Source: Hypanus sabinus
Lineage: Eukaryota
DNA length: 64,000 nt
Assembly (NCBI RefSeq): GCF_030144855.1
Contig: NC_082726.1
Location: 47,368,001-47,432,000, forward strand
Direction of reading: 5' to 3'
Every line of letters starts with the position of its first letter. Position 1 is the first letter of the stretch. Positions 1 to 10,700 of this stretch are shown here, piece after piece. The position numbers and the translations under genes are program-made. The notes beneath the pieces are model-generated. The model searched no databases, was not told the origin of the DNA, and saw nothing but the letters and a program-made list of their open reading frames with translations.

Positions 1-1629
1 AGCATGGTTGAGAAAGGGGAAGGGAAAGGGGAGGGAGCAGGAAGAACAGAGAGACATTTTGTAATGATCAGTAAACCAAATGTTTGGAATCAAATAACTT
101 TACCTAGTGTCTCAGGGCTAGGCATATCTGCACCTGCACCACCCCCTGCCCCTGGCACTCTTTCTCTGACACGTGTCCCACACCCCTCCTGCAGTCCTTC
201 ACCCTCACCATTCCCAACGTTCTTCGCTCCCGACAGATTTACAAACTCACTCTCCACTCCACATTGACAAATTCAGTACAGTCCAAAACTCTTAGACACA
301 CATTCAAGACTTTTGCAGAGTTCTGTATATCAGTATCTGCATTAATCACTACCGTTCTCTCACACTGTTCCCTGAAGAGCTGTTCACTGTTCTCCACTAT
401 CTGAAGTGTCAAACTCAAATGTTGTCAGTGCAATTCCCTCCATAGAGCAGCCTAAGTCCCCAAGTTCCTCCAATATTTTGTATGTTTCTCTTGAGGAAAA
501 ATGGGCAGTGTGTCTAGCCTGGTAGGCTGGAATCAATGGCCTAAACCCTTTCTTCTATAACTTTGTTTCTCTAGGACACAGCTTTGTTGGTTCAATCTCA
601 TCATCCCAAAAGTTTTACAAAAGACTATTTAATGTATTTCTTCCCTTAAAAAGATGCACAATGCTCCAAGTAAAGGTGCATCTGTTAACCAGTCTTTTGT
701 GTTTCAAGAAACACAAGAGATTCTGCAGATGCTGGATATCTTGAGCAGCACACACAAAATGCTGGAAGAACTCGGCAAATCGGGCATCGTCTGCAGAGGG
801 GAACAGACTGTCAGCATTTCAGTGGAGATGCTTCAATAAACCTCCACTTTTTTCTTGACAACAAACCCAACCAGTTCTCTTCCACCACCACACTCCTCCT
901 TTGTCAAGGAAGAAACGCTAATTTTTTTTACACGGCTAGATGCAGAGACTGGGAGTCTCTGAATAAGACAAAGTCAGACATTCAGAGATGAGAAAGAGGC
1001 TGACCAAAAGATAGCAAACGACACACACCCCTCAAACAAGATCAAGCAAAGCAGACTACCTGCTTATCACAGTTTCTTGTGGGAACTTGGTGAGGACAAT
1101 TTGCTTATTGTGTTTCAGAATGCACTTGCTGGTAGAAATTCCACTTTGCTTGCCAATAGTAAATATATAGACTTCAGCAGCACTTAGCCCTCACACACGA
1201 GTCAGTGCCATCAGTAGAACTGAACACCACTGCAGCAATTCAGAAAGACTTAATTAGTTGTAAAATGGTGGAACATGCCGAGGCTGTAAAAGGGGCTATA
1301 GAAATGCAACTGCTGTGAATGGGTCTCTGTTTTTGTCAGGTGAACATTTAGATTTAAAAGCTGTCACTCTTGTTAACTGTGTTCTATTGATTGGATCACA
1401 AGGACTTGCATGTTAGCCATTTTTATCTGTCAGTTTATCAATATCTAATCTTGGTGTAGGCTTTAACCACATTTCATAATCAAAAGACAAAGAAATTGAG
1501 CTGACTTTTTGTTTAAATTGTTTTCCTTCAGCTGGGCCGGGGGGTCACATTATCATTATGGTTGTTTAAAGGAGTTTTCAGGCAATTGTTGCTGTGGGAT
1601 GTTTCTAATTATGCAATGTGCCTATCAAA

Positions 1630-1925
1630 TTCAGAATTTATTTTCACTGCTATATGTTGCAAAATATATTTTTAAAATCCTGTAAGTTGCAATAAGAAAC
1701 ATATTTTAAAAATTAGTGGTGCTAAAATTGAGGTATTTTATTGGCTCACGGTCCATTCAGAAATCTAATGGCGGAGGGGAGGAAATTGTTTCTAAGATGT
1801 TGAGTGTGTGTCTTCAGGCTCCTGTACCTCCTCTCTAATGGTAGCAATGAAAAGAGGGTGTGGCCTGGATGGTCTTTAATGATAGATGCTGCTTTCTTGA
1901 GATATGGCCTATTGAAGATGTCAAT
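1630..1925 (-). mobile_element. Degenerate Rex1/Babar-type LINE 3' end
   Basis: KAASIIKDHPGHTLFSLLPLERRYRSLKTHTQHLRNNFLPSAIRFLN. Related ends occur near 9480-9735, 14175-14450, 20430-20845, 32180-33180 and 36810-37070. Confidence 0.75.
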
Positions 1926-3302
1926 GTTCAAAGTTCAAAAGTTCGATGTACATTTATTGAAGTATGTGTACATTACACAGCCTTGAGACTTGTCTCCTTA
2001 CAGGAAGACACAAAGCAAGAAATCCAAAAGACACCAACAAACACCCAAATATCCAAAAACAAGTCATTAAGCAATAAAAGTAAACAAGTAGCATTTAGAG
2101 CGAAAATGAGTCCACAAGCACAAAGCCCGGAGCAGATCCTCAACTTCAGTTCTGCACATAGCAGAGTGAATGTCACAGAGTCCAGAGCAGGCCCACAGCC
2201 TCAGCCTTGGTGAAGCAAGGAGCAGTGAGCAGAACCGGCCCGACCCTTGCCTCCTCGCTCCATCTGGCCCGGCGTTTAAATCATCCAAACGTCGGGCCAA
2301 TTAACTTACATGCTTTAAGATGTGAAAGGAAGGCCATGGAGTTACAGGGAGAACGTGCAAACTCCACCAGATGGGTCCCTGAACCAGAATTGAACACAGA
2401 TCTCTGAAGCTGGGAGTTATTGTCTCTATGAGCAGCATCGTTTTGTGCGCCTGTCGGCGTGAATGCCTGATGCTTTACTATAGTAAAACCTGTTGCCTGT
2501 GCCGCACTGGCAGCCCTGATCTGTTGAACTCCACAGCATGACTGCACCTGTAGTCATGGATGCTCTTCAGTGGTAATACTGCAGAACTGTTTTTCAGAGC
2601 TGGTGACAAGCTCAAAACAGGAGGATCCTGCCTCAAAAACCTCCATGATAGATTAAATGCTTGATTTATTAATGTCCTTTGTGGGGAAGAAGAAAACATA
2701 TTTTGGACATTGATTCTCTCCAGGAAAGGTTAATCTAATTTGAAATAGGGGTTGGGTGGTAGGATTGTTTTAAATCACCAGCTATTGGGGCTCAATTCCT
2801 GCCACTGCATGTAAGGAGTTGAATGTGACCGTGTAGGTTTCCTCCATGTGCTCCATTTCCTCCCACCTTCCAACCTCTTGGCCTTGGACTGTACACTCCA
2901 AATTTAGACACAATTAATCTGCAAGTCATTTAACTCTTTCTTGGATTGACTCAAGTGTAGCAGTGTTCATTGTGGTCCCATTTCATGATGATTCCCTTGT
3001 TTCTGGCCGGAGTCCAGTAGGCTTGTTAATCACAGACCCAGCCTGCATGGTGGGGAGAAGAAAGGACTTCCTTTAGTGAGACTTGGTTAAGGTTCTTTCC
3101 TCCTCCACTGGGATTACCCTCATCATCTAGGTCTCATGGTGCCTAACCAGCCAACCTTCACAATCCTCTCCATACCCCTCCGCCTGTTCCTTACCAGACT
3201 GTGACACATGTTTTATGGAGGTCAGCTAAACCACGAGCAACTGACTCATTTGATTTTGAAGCTAAGATCCTCAAGGTAATTTCCAATTGGGCGCTTCCCC
3301 AG

Positions 3303-3514
3303 TGATGCACCATCAATAACTCACACTGAGACGTAGGCGAGATATCGGCTTTTATTGACTGGAAGAAGGAACCAGGAGTGAGTGTCTATCATACAAGGTC
3401 CTGGAGACTGAGGCCGATCTTCAGGCCGCAGGTCTCCTTTATACAGGGGCCTGTGGGAGGAGCCACAGGAGCAGTCAGCAGGGGCGTGTCCCGACAGGCA
3501 CATAGTTCACCACA
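3303..3514 (-). repeat. 3' LTR of the young Gypsy element
   Basis: 212-bp direct repeat of 7564-7775, preceded on the minus strand by GAAGGGGGGGTGAA. Confidence 0.97.
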
Positions 3515-3528
3515 TTCACCCCCCCTTC
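3515..3528 (-). promoter_or_regulatory. Polypurine tract (plus-strand primer)
   Basis: Minus strand GAAGGGGGGGTGAA directly abuts the TG start of the 3' LTR. Confidence 0.85.
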
Positions 3529-3559
3529 GTTTGAAAAAGTCCTCATGTAGCGAAGGTTC

Positions 3560-6500
3560 TTACAAGTCAAGCCGATCAGGCGGTCGAATCTGTCGCTGGG
3601 ATCTACGTAGCACCGGCTGTGACCGCATAGGTGCCGGCAACATTGGCGATTGCACAGGGGACGGGGGTTGCGCGTGTTCTTGCCCACTAGGCGCCGGTGA
3701 TCCCTCATGCATGTGCGAGGCACCTGGTATAAATGCGTACGAAACGCCCGGTATACAAGTGTCGTGAGGAGTCTGTGTAGGGCCTGGTGAGTACGGTGTC
3801 ACCTCTGGTGCAGGGTTCACAGTTACCGGAGAGCCTTCAGGGTAGTGGTCTGCTGCACCTGCGGGTGCCAGGTCGCGGATGGAGACCGTGTCCTCCCGCC
3901 CATCAGGTAAGACCACGTAAGCATACTGGGGGTTCGCATGGAGAAGGTGAACCCTCTCCACCAGCGGGGAGTATTTATTGCTCCTCACATGTTTCCGGAG
4001 AAGCACTGGCCCCGGGGACGTCAGCCAAACTGGTAGGGTGGTCCCAGTGACAGACTTCCTGGGAAAAGAGAATAGGCGTTCGTGAGGGGTGGCATTGGTG
4101 GACGTACATAACAGAGAGCGGATAGAGTGCAGTGCCTCAGGGAGGACCTCCTGCCATCGAGAGACCGGCAACCCTTTGGACTTAAGGGCTAAAAGTGTGG
4201 CCTTCCACACTGTGGCATTCTCCCGCTCCACCTGGCCATTACCCCGGGGATTATAACTCGTGGTCCGACTGGTAGCAATGCCCCTAGCTAGCAAGTACTG
4301 GCGCAGCTCCTCACTCATAAAGGAGGACCCTCTATCACTGTGGATATAGCAGGGATACCCGAACAGAGTGAAGAGCTGGCGCAGGGCTTTTATGACGGAC
4401 GTGGCAGTGGTGTCGGGGCAGGGGATGGCAAAGGGGAACCGTGAGAACTCGTCAATAACACTGAGAAAATAGACATTGCGGTCAGTGGAGGGAAGGGGGC
4501 CCTTAAAGTCAACACTCAGGCGTTCAAAAGGGCGGGTGGCCTTGACAAGTCGTGCCGTGTCAGGACAGTAGAAGTGCGGTTTGCACTCGGCACAAATTTG
4601 GCAGTCCCTGGTCATCGTCCTGATGTCCTCCAGGGAGTACGGCAGGTTCCGAGCTTTCACAAAATGGTAAAATCGGGTGACCCCCGGATGGCAAAGTTGT
4701 GCATGAAGGGCGTACAGCTGGTCGAGCTGTGTGCTAGCACATGTTCCCCGGGATAGGGCATCAGGGGGCTCATTGAGTCTGCCAGGCCGGTACAGGATAT
4801 CATAGGTGTAGGTGGAGAGTTCTATCCTCCACCGCAAAATCTTATCATTTTTGATCTTGCCCCGCTGTTGGTTGCTGAACAGGAACGCAACCGAGCGCTG
4901 GTCGGTCAGCACAGTGAATCTTTTGCCAGCAAGATAGTGCCTCCAGTGCCTAACAGCCTCCACTATGGCCTGGGCTTCTTTCTCCACCGCGGAGTGCCGA
5001 ATTTCAGAGCCTTGGAGGGTGCGAGAAAAGAATGCTACTGGTCTGCCTTCCTGATTAAGGGTAGCAGCCAGAGCGAAATCGGAGGCATCACACTCCACTT
5101 GGAAGGGAGCGGTCTCGTCCACTGCATGCATCGTAGCTTTGGCAATGTCCGCTTTAATGCAGTTGAAGGCCGCGCAGGCCTCAGCAGAGAGGGGAAACGA
5201 GGTAGACTTGACCAGGGGGCGAGCCTTGTCTGCGTAATGGGGGACCCATTGGGCGTAATAGGAAAAAAACCCCAGGCACCGTCTGAGGGCCTTGAGAGTG
5301 GTGGGAAGAGGGAGCTCTAACAGGGGGCGCATACGTTCGGGATCAGGCCCAATAACCCCGTTTTCCACGACATACCCAAGTATAGCAAGGCGGGTGGTAC
5401 CAAAAACACACTTGTCCCTGTTATAAGTAAGGTTCAGAGCTGCGGCCACTTGGAGAAACCGTTGGAGGTTGGCGTCGTGATCTGGCCTGTCATGACCACA
5501 GATGGTGATGTTATCCAGATAGGGAAATGTGGCCTGCAGTTGGTACTGGTCCACCATCCGGTCCATTTCCCTCTGGAAGACAGAGACACCATTCCTGACA
5601 CCGAAAGGGACGCGCAGGAAGTGATAGAGCCGGCCGCCCGCCTCGAAGGCGGTGTAGGGGCGGTCCTCTGGGCAGATGGGGAGCTGGTGATAAGCGGATT
5701 TCAGATCTATTGTCGAGTACACCTTATACTGAGCAATCTGGCTGACCATATCCGCGATGCGGGGTAGGGGGTATGCGTCAAGCTGCGTAAACCTATTGAT
5801 GGTTTGACTATAGTCCACCACCATCCTATTTTTCTGCCCAGTCCGAACAACAACCACCTGGGCCCTCCAAGGGCTTGTGCTCGGCTCAATGATCCCCTCC
5901 CTGAGCAGCCGCTGCACCTCCGACTGAATGAAGGCCCGGTCCCCCGCGCTGTACCTCCTGCTTTTGGTTGCCACAGGTTTACAGTCGGGGGTCAGGTTGG
6001 CGAACAGCGGTGGGGGAGGGATCTTGAGAGTGGAGAGGCTGCAAGTGTCGGTAGCGCAGCTGTTGGCCTGGTTCTGGATGGGATGTGTGTGTCCGTGTGT
6101 GTGTGTGGTCAGTAGCGGGGTATGTGAAGAAGTCCCACAAAACTGAGGATTCTTGACAGTGAGTGGTGGGAGGGGCCCGTCGTATACCATAGTCACACTT
6201 TCGAGATGGCTCTGGAAGTCCAGCCCCAATAGCACAGGTGCACACAGATTAGGCATGACCAGCAGTTCAAAGTCCCGATATTCTGTGCCTTGCACCACCA
6301 AAGTCGCTACACAACCCGCCCGGATGTCTGCGGACTGCGACCCAGAGGCCAAATGGAACCTCCGACTGACCGGCCGCGTTGCAAGTCCGCAGCGTTGCAC
6401 TGTGTCCGGGTGAATAAAACTCCCAGTGCTGCCCGTGTCAAACAGCCATCCAGTCCAGTGCCCCTCCACCTGGATGTCCATCATGGATCTTGCAAGCTGG

Positions 6501-7537
6501 TGTGGGGCGCTTTGGTCGAGAGTCACAGTGGCCAGAGTTGGATCGTCGGGGTACCCGGTCAGCATCGGAGGGTCGGGGGCGGGGCATGCTGACGCCGACA
6601 AAGATGGCCGCTCACATCCGGGGTACCCGGTCAGCATCCGAGGTTCGGGGGCGGGGCGTGCTGACGTCGACAAAGATGGCCGCCCACATCCCGGCATGCA
6701 AGATGGCGGCCCCCACGTTTCACCCGCAGCGCTGCACTCCGCTCGAGGTTGAGACTTACAGAACTTGGCGAAATGGCCCCGCTTTCCGCAGCTGGAGCAG
6801 GCCGCTTCTCGCGCTGGACAGCGTCGTCGAGGATGTTTCTTTTGGCCACAGAAATAACAAAGCACGAGTTTCTTACGGGCCACAGCCGTGGTCTGGGTCG
6901 GGGAGCTCGTGGAATGGCGACTGGCAGCGGCGTTGGCGAATTCGCTCCCGGGAGCCGGCGGTGGCGGGGTCTGAGGCGTCCACGAAACCGGCGGGGAATC
7001 GCGCGACTGGACAGCGTCGGCGTTATGCAAAGCAGCTTCTAGAGCGTTGGCCTTCTCTATCGCCGAGCTTAAGGTAAGATCCGAGTTCTCCAGCAGTCGC
7101 TGGCGCATGTACACTGACCTCAGTCCCGTCACAAAGGCGTCTCGCACCAGCAGCTCCGCATGCTGTTCTGCCGTGAGCGTCTTGCAGTCGCAAGGTCGGA
7201 CGAGTGTCTGTAGTGCTCGGAGAAACCCAGCGCACGATTCGCCAGGCCGCTGTTGCCGGGTAGCTAAGCGATGTCTTGCGTAGACGGTGTTCACCGGCCG
7301 CAGGTACTGTCGTTTGAGGGCGTCCAGTGCCCCTTCGTAGGTCGGCAGGTCCCGGATAAAGGAGTAAACTTTGGAGGAGACCCTCGAGAGTAGGATTCTG
7401 TGCATAACGGCGGGTTCAGTCGCACGAAGCTCCGCCAAGTACGATTGGAAGCATGCAAGCCAGTGTTCAAAAGCGAGAGCTGCGTCAGGGTCTTGAGGGT
7501 CCAAATCCAACCGGTCCGGACGCAAAACGGGTTCCAT
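3560..7537 (-). CDS. Gag-Pol polyprotein, 1325 aa (Gag with two CCHC knuckles, aspartic protease, RT, RNase H, integrase)
   Basis: Zinc knuckles CYFCGQKKHPRRRC and CSSCGKRGHFAKFC. Protease LFDTGS. RT motifs IDLKSAYHQ, PFG, YLDN. RNase H CDAS, EKEAQA, TDQRS, DALSR. Integrase H-H-C-C (LHAQLCHPG...CQIC), DFKGP, SDRG, VERE. No chromodomain recognised. Confidence 0.97.
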   Translation of the reverse strand: MEPVLRPDRLDLDPQDPDAALAFEHWLACFQSYLAELRATEPAVMHRILLSRVSSKVYSFIRDLPTYEGALDALKRQYLRPVNTVYARHRLATRQQRPGESCAGFLRALQTLVRPCDCKTLTAEQHAELLVRDAFVTGLRSVYMRQRLLENSDLTLSSAIEKANALEAALHNADAVQSRDSPPVSWTPQTPPPPAPGSEFANAAASRHSTSSPTQTTAVARKKLVLCYFCGQKKHPRRRCPAREAACSSCGKRGHFAKFCKSQPRAECSAAGETWGPPSCMPGCGRPSLSTSARPAPEPRMLTGYPGCERPSLSASACPAPDPPMLTGYPDDPTLATVTLDQSAPHQLARSMMDIQVEGHWTGWLFDTGSTGSFIHPDTVQRCGLATRPVSRRFHLASGSQSADIRAGCVATLVVQGTEYRDFELLVMPNLCAPVLLGLDFQSHLESVTMVYDGPLPPLTVKNPQFCGTSSHTPLLTTHTHGHTHPIQNQANSCATDTCSLSTLKIPPPPLFANLTPDCKPVATKSRRYSAGDRAFIQSEVQRLLREGIIEPSTSPWRAQVVVVRTGQKNRMVVDYSQTINRFTQLDAYPLPRIADMVSQIAQYKVYSTIDLKSAYHQLPICPEDRPYTAFEAGGRLYHFLRVPFGVRNGVSVFQREMDRMVDQYQLQATFPYLDNITICGHDRPDHDANLQRFLQVAAALNLTYNRDKCVFGTTRLAILGYVVENGVIGPDPERMRPLLELPLPTTLKALRRCLGFFSYYAQWVPHYADKARPLVKSTSFPLSAEACAAFNCIKADIAKATMHAVDETAPFQVECDASDFALAATLNQEGRPVAFFSRTLQGSEIRHSAVEKEAQAIVEAVRHWRHYLAGKRFTVLTDQRSVAFLFSNQQRGKIKNDKILRWRIELSTYTYDILYRPGRLNEPPDALSRGTCASTQLDQLYALHAQLCHPGVTRFYHFVKARNLPYSLEDIRTMTRDCQICAECKPHFYCPDTARLVKATRPFERLSVDFKGPLPSTDRNVYFLSVIDEFSRFPFAIPCPDTTATSVIKALRQLFTLFGYPCYIHSDRGSSFMSEELRQYLLARGIATSRTTSYNPRGNGQVERENATVWKATLLALKSKGLPVSRWQEVLPEALHSIRSLLCTSTNATPHERLFSFPRKSVTGTTLPVWLTSPGPVLLRKHVRSNKYSPLVERVHLLHANPQYAYVVLPDGREDTVSIRDLAPAGAADHYPEGSPVTVNPAPEVTPYSPGPTQTPHDTCIPGVSYAFIPGASHMHEGSPAPSGQEHAQPPSPVQSPMLPAPMRSQPVLRRSQRQIRPPDRLDL
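6547..6690. repeat. In-frame 72-bp tandem duplication in the gag-protease linker
   Basis: Copies start at 6547 and 6619. Peptides CGRPSLSTSARPAPEPRMLTGYP and CERPSLSASACPAPDPPMLTGYP. Confidence 0.9.
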
Positions 7538-7546
7538 GTTTTAAAA

Positions 7547-7562
7547 CTTCCAGTCAATAAAA
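7547..7562 (-). promoter_or_regulatory. Non-tRNA, self-complementary primer-binding site (putative)
   Basis: Minus strand TTTTATTGACTGGAAG starts 1 nt after the 5' LTR, lacks the TGG of a tRNA PBS, and is the exact reverse complement of LTR positions 7626-7611. Confidence 0.8.
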
Positions 7563-7563
7563 T

Positions 7564-7775
7564 TGATGCACCATCAATAACTCACACTGAGATGTAGGCG
7601 AGATATCGGCTTTTATTGACTGGAAGAAGGAACCAGGAGTGAGTGTCTATCATACAAGGTCCTGGAGACTGAGGCCGATCTTCAGGCCGCAGGTCTCCTT
7701 TATACAGGGGCCTGTGGGAGGAGCCACAGGAGCAGTCAGCAGGGGCGTGTCCCGACAGGCACATAGTTCACCACA
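7564..7775 (-). repeat. 5' LTR of the young Gypsy element
   Basis: 212-bp direct repeat of 3303-3514. Minus-strand TATAAA at 7704-7699 and AATAAA within 7617-7611. Confidence 0.97.
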
Positions 7776-10700
7776 CCCAGCTTTGCTCAAAACTTGAATG
7801 TTGCTCAAAGATTAGTAGCAACAATGGCATCACTTGATCAGTTGGGTCAGTACTTCCATGATACTGAGGTCATGCCAACAGGCAATATTGCAAATGTGGG
7901 AGAGGTCAAAGCTCGAACATGTAAGATTAGGAAATTGCAACTTGATAGTAGGGAGAGTATTCAAAGTACTCCCACATGGTCCCGTTCCAGTGGTGAATTT
8001 TCCAAAGATAAGAAATTCAAGATTCAAGATGGTTTATTGTCATTCTTCAGTACATGAGCGTAAAGGAAAATTAACTGATTGTTACTCTGGATCCAGTGCA
8101 GCATAACATAAAACAAAATAAGCAATAGGGAACCTAATTAAAAAAAACATTATAAATTTAAAGCAATCCTTTAAAATGCAACTTACAAGTAAATGTATGT
8201 AGACTGATTGTCCATTAAGTGATGGTAGGTGCTGTGCATCTAGAAGCGGTGGGGTGGGTTAATGCGTGGAGGTGTGACTTGGGGGGGGTGGGGGTGGAAG
8301 TAACTGGTTTTGAGTCCAGTAGACCTGACATGGATGGTGCATGAAATTCGCCTGGAAATGTACATTTAGACGTGGGCACACCAAGAAGCCATGTTCTGAG
8401 CCTAATTACCAGCCTAATCTTAGTATCAAGAGCCTGATTTCTCCTATTCAGTCAAGACTCTCAAGTGAGCCAACACTCTCTCTGCTGCTCCTCAGTAGAA
8501 AGATGGAAGTGACTAAATATCTAATGCATTTGAAAGACTTTGATCTTGTTTCAAATGAGTCTTTAATTCACTTAAATAACGCACTCAAATTGGCAAACCA
8601 AATAATCTTGTTTAACAGAGTACAGTTAGCATAATTGGTTTCTGGACTGTTCACTGTACAAGTACAGAGAGGGGATTAGCTGTTTCAGAGCATTCTTGCC
8701 CCCCCCCCCACCCTGCCCCCAGCGCGCTCTCTGTTAATCCTTCAGCAGAACGGAGCAACCATTTAAAGGACTTCCCAGGAATGCAAAAGATAAATATTGT
8801 CAGCTAAAGACAGATGATGTTTGCCAGGACTGATACTGCTCCCTTATCTGTTGGGCGTATGTCAGTTTTTAACACTGCAGTTTGACTAACTAATACGGCA
8901 CTGAAACATTAAACGGACCTACTTCTTAACAATGAGTGTAGTAATCCTATAATTACTGGTAAGTAGTCATTAAAGGTTGCCCTTGACCTCACATGGGGCC
9001 ATTAGTCAGCTGTAGCAATAGAGGCATAGTAAAGGTGCCCCCTGTGGCACAAACCGATGATAGATATGCTAATAAAATGGCGTCACCAATCTGAAAGCTC
9101 ACATGCAAGGTTGAATTTGATGTCTTATTGTCAGACATTTCATCCTGAATTGTGTCAGGGACTGTGTGGCTTTGGGAGAATTCTTCCAACCATTTTAGTG
9201 ATTCTCTCTGGTCTTGCCACATGTGCAAATTTGATGCATGATCTTTTTCCCCTTAGCGAATGACAATTATTGTCTTCATTGCCGGAAGAACAGCACAAAG
9301 CCTTGGGTGTAATGTTATTGCCTCACATACTTCCACTTTACTAAGTGTGATTCTTCCTTTTGGATGCAGCATATCATTTGTTGATGATCCTATAACTACC
9401 ATGATCTGACAGAGCCATAATTAGACAACCATCCGAGTCGGGTTACAGCATTCAGAACTCTTTGAAAGTTGGAGCATTTATCCAGTGCAGAGAAGCTGGT
9501 GTTTGAAGTCACAAACACACTCAATATTTTAGGTACAGCTTCTTCCCCTCTGTCAGATTTCTGAATGGCCACTGGCCCCATGAACACTACCTCACTATTT
9601 TTGTTCTCTTTTTGCACTACTTATTAAATTCTTTAAATATTATTGTGATTTATAGTATATCTTATGTCTTGCATTGTGCTGCTGATGCAAAACAACAAAT
9701 TCACAACATATGTCAGTGATAATAAACCTGATTCTGATACATTTTAATCTGAATGATCATTCACCCTTGAATCATCCTGAAGCACCTTCCATTGAGGCCA
9801 CATATTCAATTCATAATTTGGATGAAATATTTTGTTATCGTATAGTTGTTAGACAGAATAATACATACACTGGAGTAACTACAAGGCAGTAACTTAATCA
9901 GTGAGTAATAATCGTAAACGCTCATTTGGTTCTAATCATCATCAGAAAACACTCACAGTCAGTGGCTTCAGATAACTTGTTGACTTTAGTTCTTGTAGCC
10001 TTTGTCCTAATTGGCTGTTTATGTCAGAAACACACTGTTTGTTGAAAATCAAAATGGCAGATGTTGGAAGTCTGATATATAAACAGAACATGCTGGAAAC
10101 ACTCAGCTGATCAGGCAACATCTGTGGAGAAAACATTTCCTGGTCTTCGACCGCAAATGCAGCCTGACCTGATAGCGCTCGTTCTGTTATGTTGCGTGCC
10201 CTTGCTGCTTGACCTGCACGTGGAGAGTTAAGATATATGAATGGAGACACAAGACCTAAAGCATCAATAATTCCTTCCCTCCCACAGATGCTGTTTCAAC
10301 TGCTGATTTCCTCCAGTAGATTGTGTATTGCTTAAGATTTATCAACCTTACTGTAACTTCAGTGGAGCATAATCAATTGTTTATCCATCATACCTCCTGA
10401 CTCCCCTTGGCTCTGTGCCTACATCTGCTGTCAAAACCCTCATCCATTTATTGCCTTTTGGCTGTTCTTCCCGATTCTTGCTGTTCACCTGTCTCAGCCG
10501 TACCTCCTAACCTAAGATGTAGCTCCACAGTTAGTCAAATTTAAAATCATCATTTTTTTTGTTTTTGACTCCCTTCTTAGTTTATGCTTTCCATATCTCT
10601 GCAACATCTCACAGCCCGGCGGCGGGTTAAGTTGCCACCCTAATAAGGAGGAGACTTGAGAGACAGCTGAAACTCAGCAGGTCGAGCAGTTTCTGCGGGC

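Larger units (their letters stand above)
3303..7775 (-). mobile_element. Full-length, very young Ty3/Gypsy LTR retrotransposon
   Basis: Two 212-bp LTRs (3303-3514, 7564-7775) with TG...CA ends and one mismatch. 5-bp TSD CCCAG (3298-3302 and 7776-7780). Polypurine tract next to the 3' LTR. Uninterrupted gag-pol ORF in PR-RT-RH-IN order. Confidence 0.98.

Noticed and set aside
3378-7597. Plus-strand and alternate-frame ORFs overlapping gag-pol, including an env-like gene
   Set aside because: Expected shadow ORFs of GC-rich coding DNA. Only 45 nt separate the pol stop from the 3' LTR, leaving no room for env.
7582-7764. 60-aa ORF duplicated in both LTRs
   Set aside because: Non-ATG start, spans the promoter, and is duplicated only because the LTR is.
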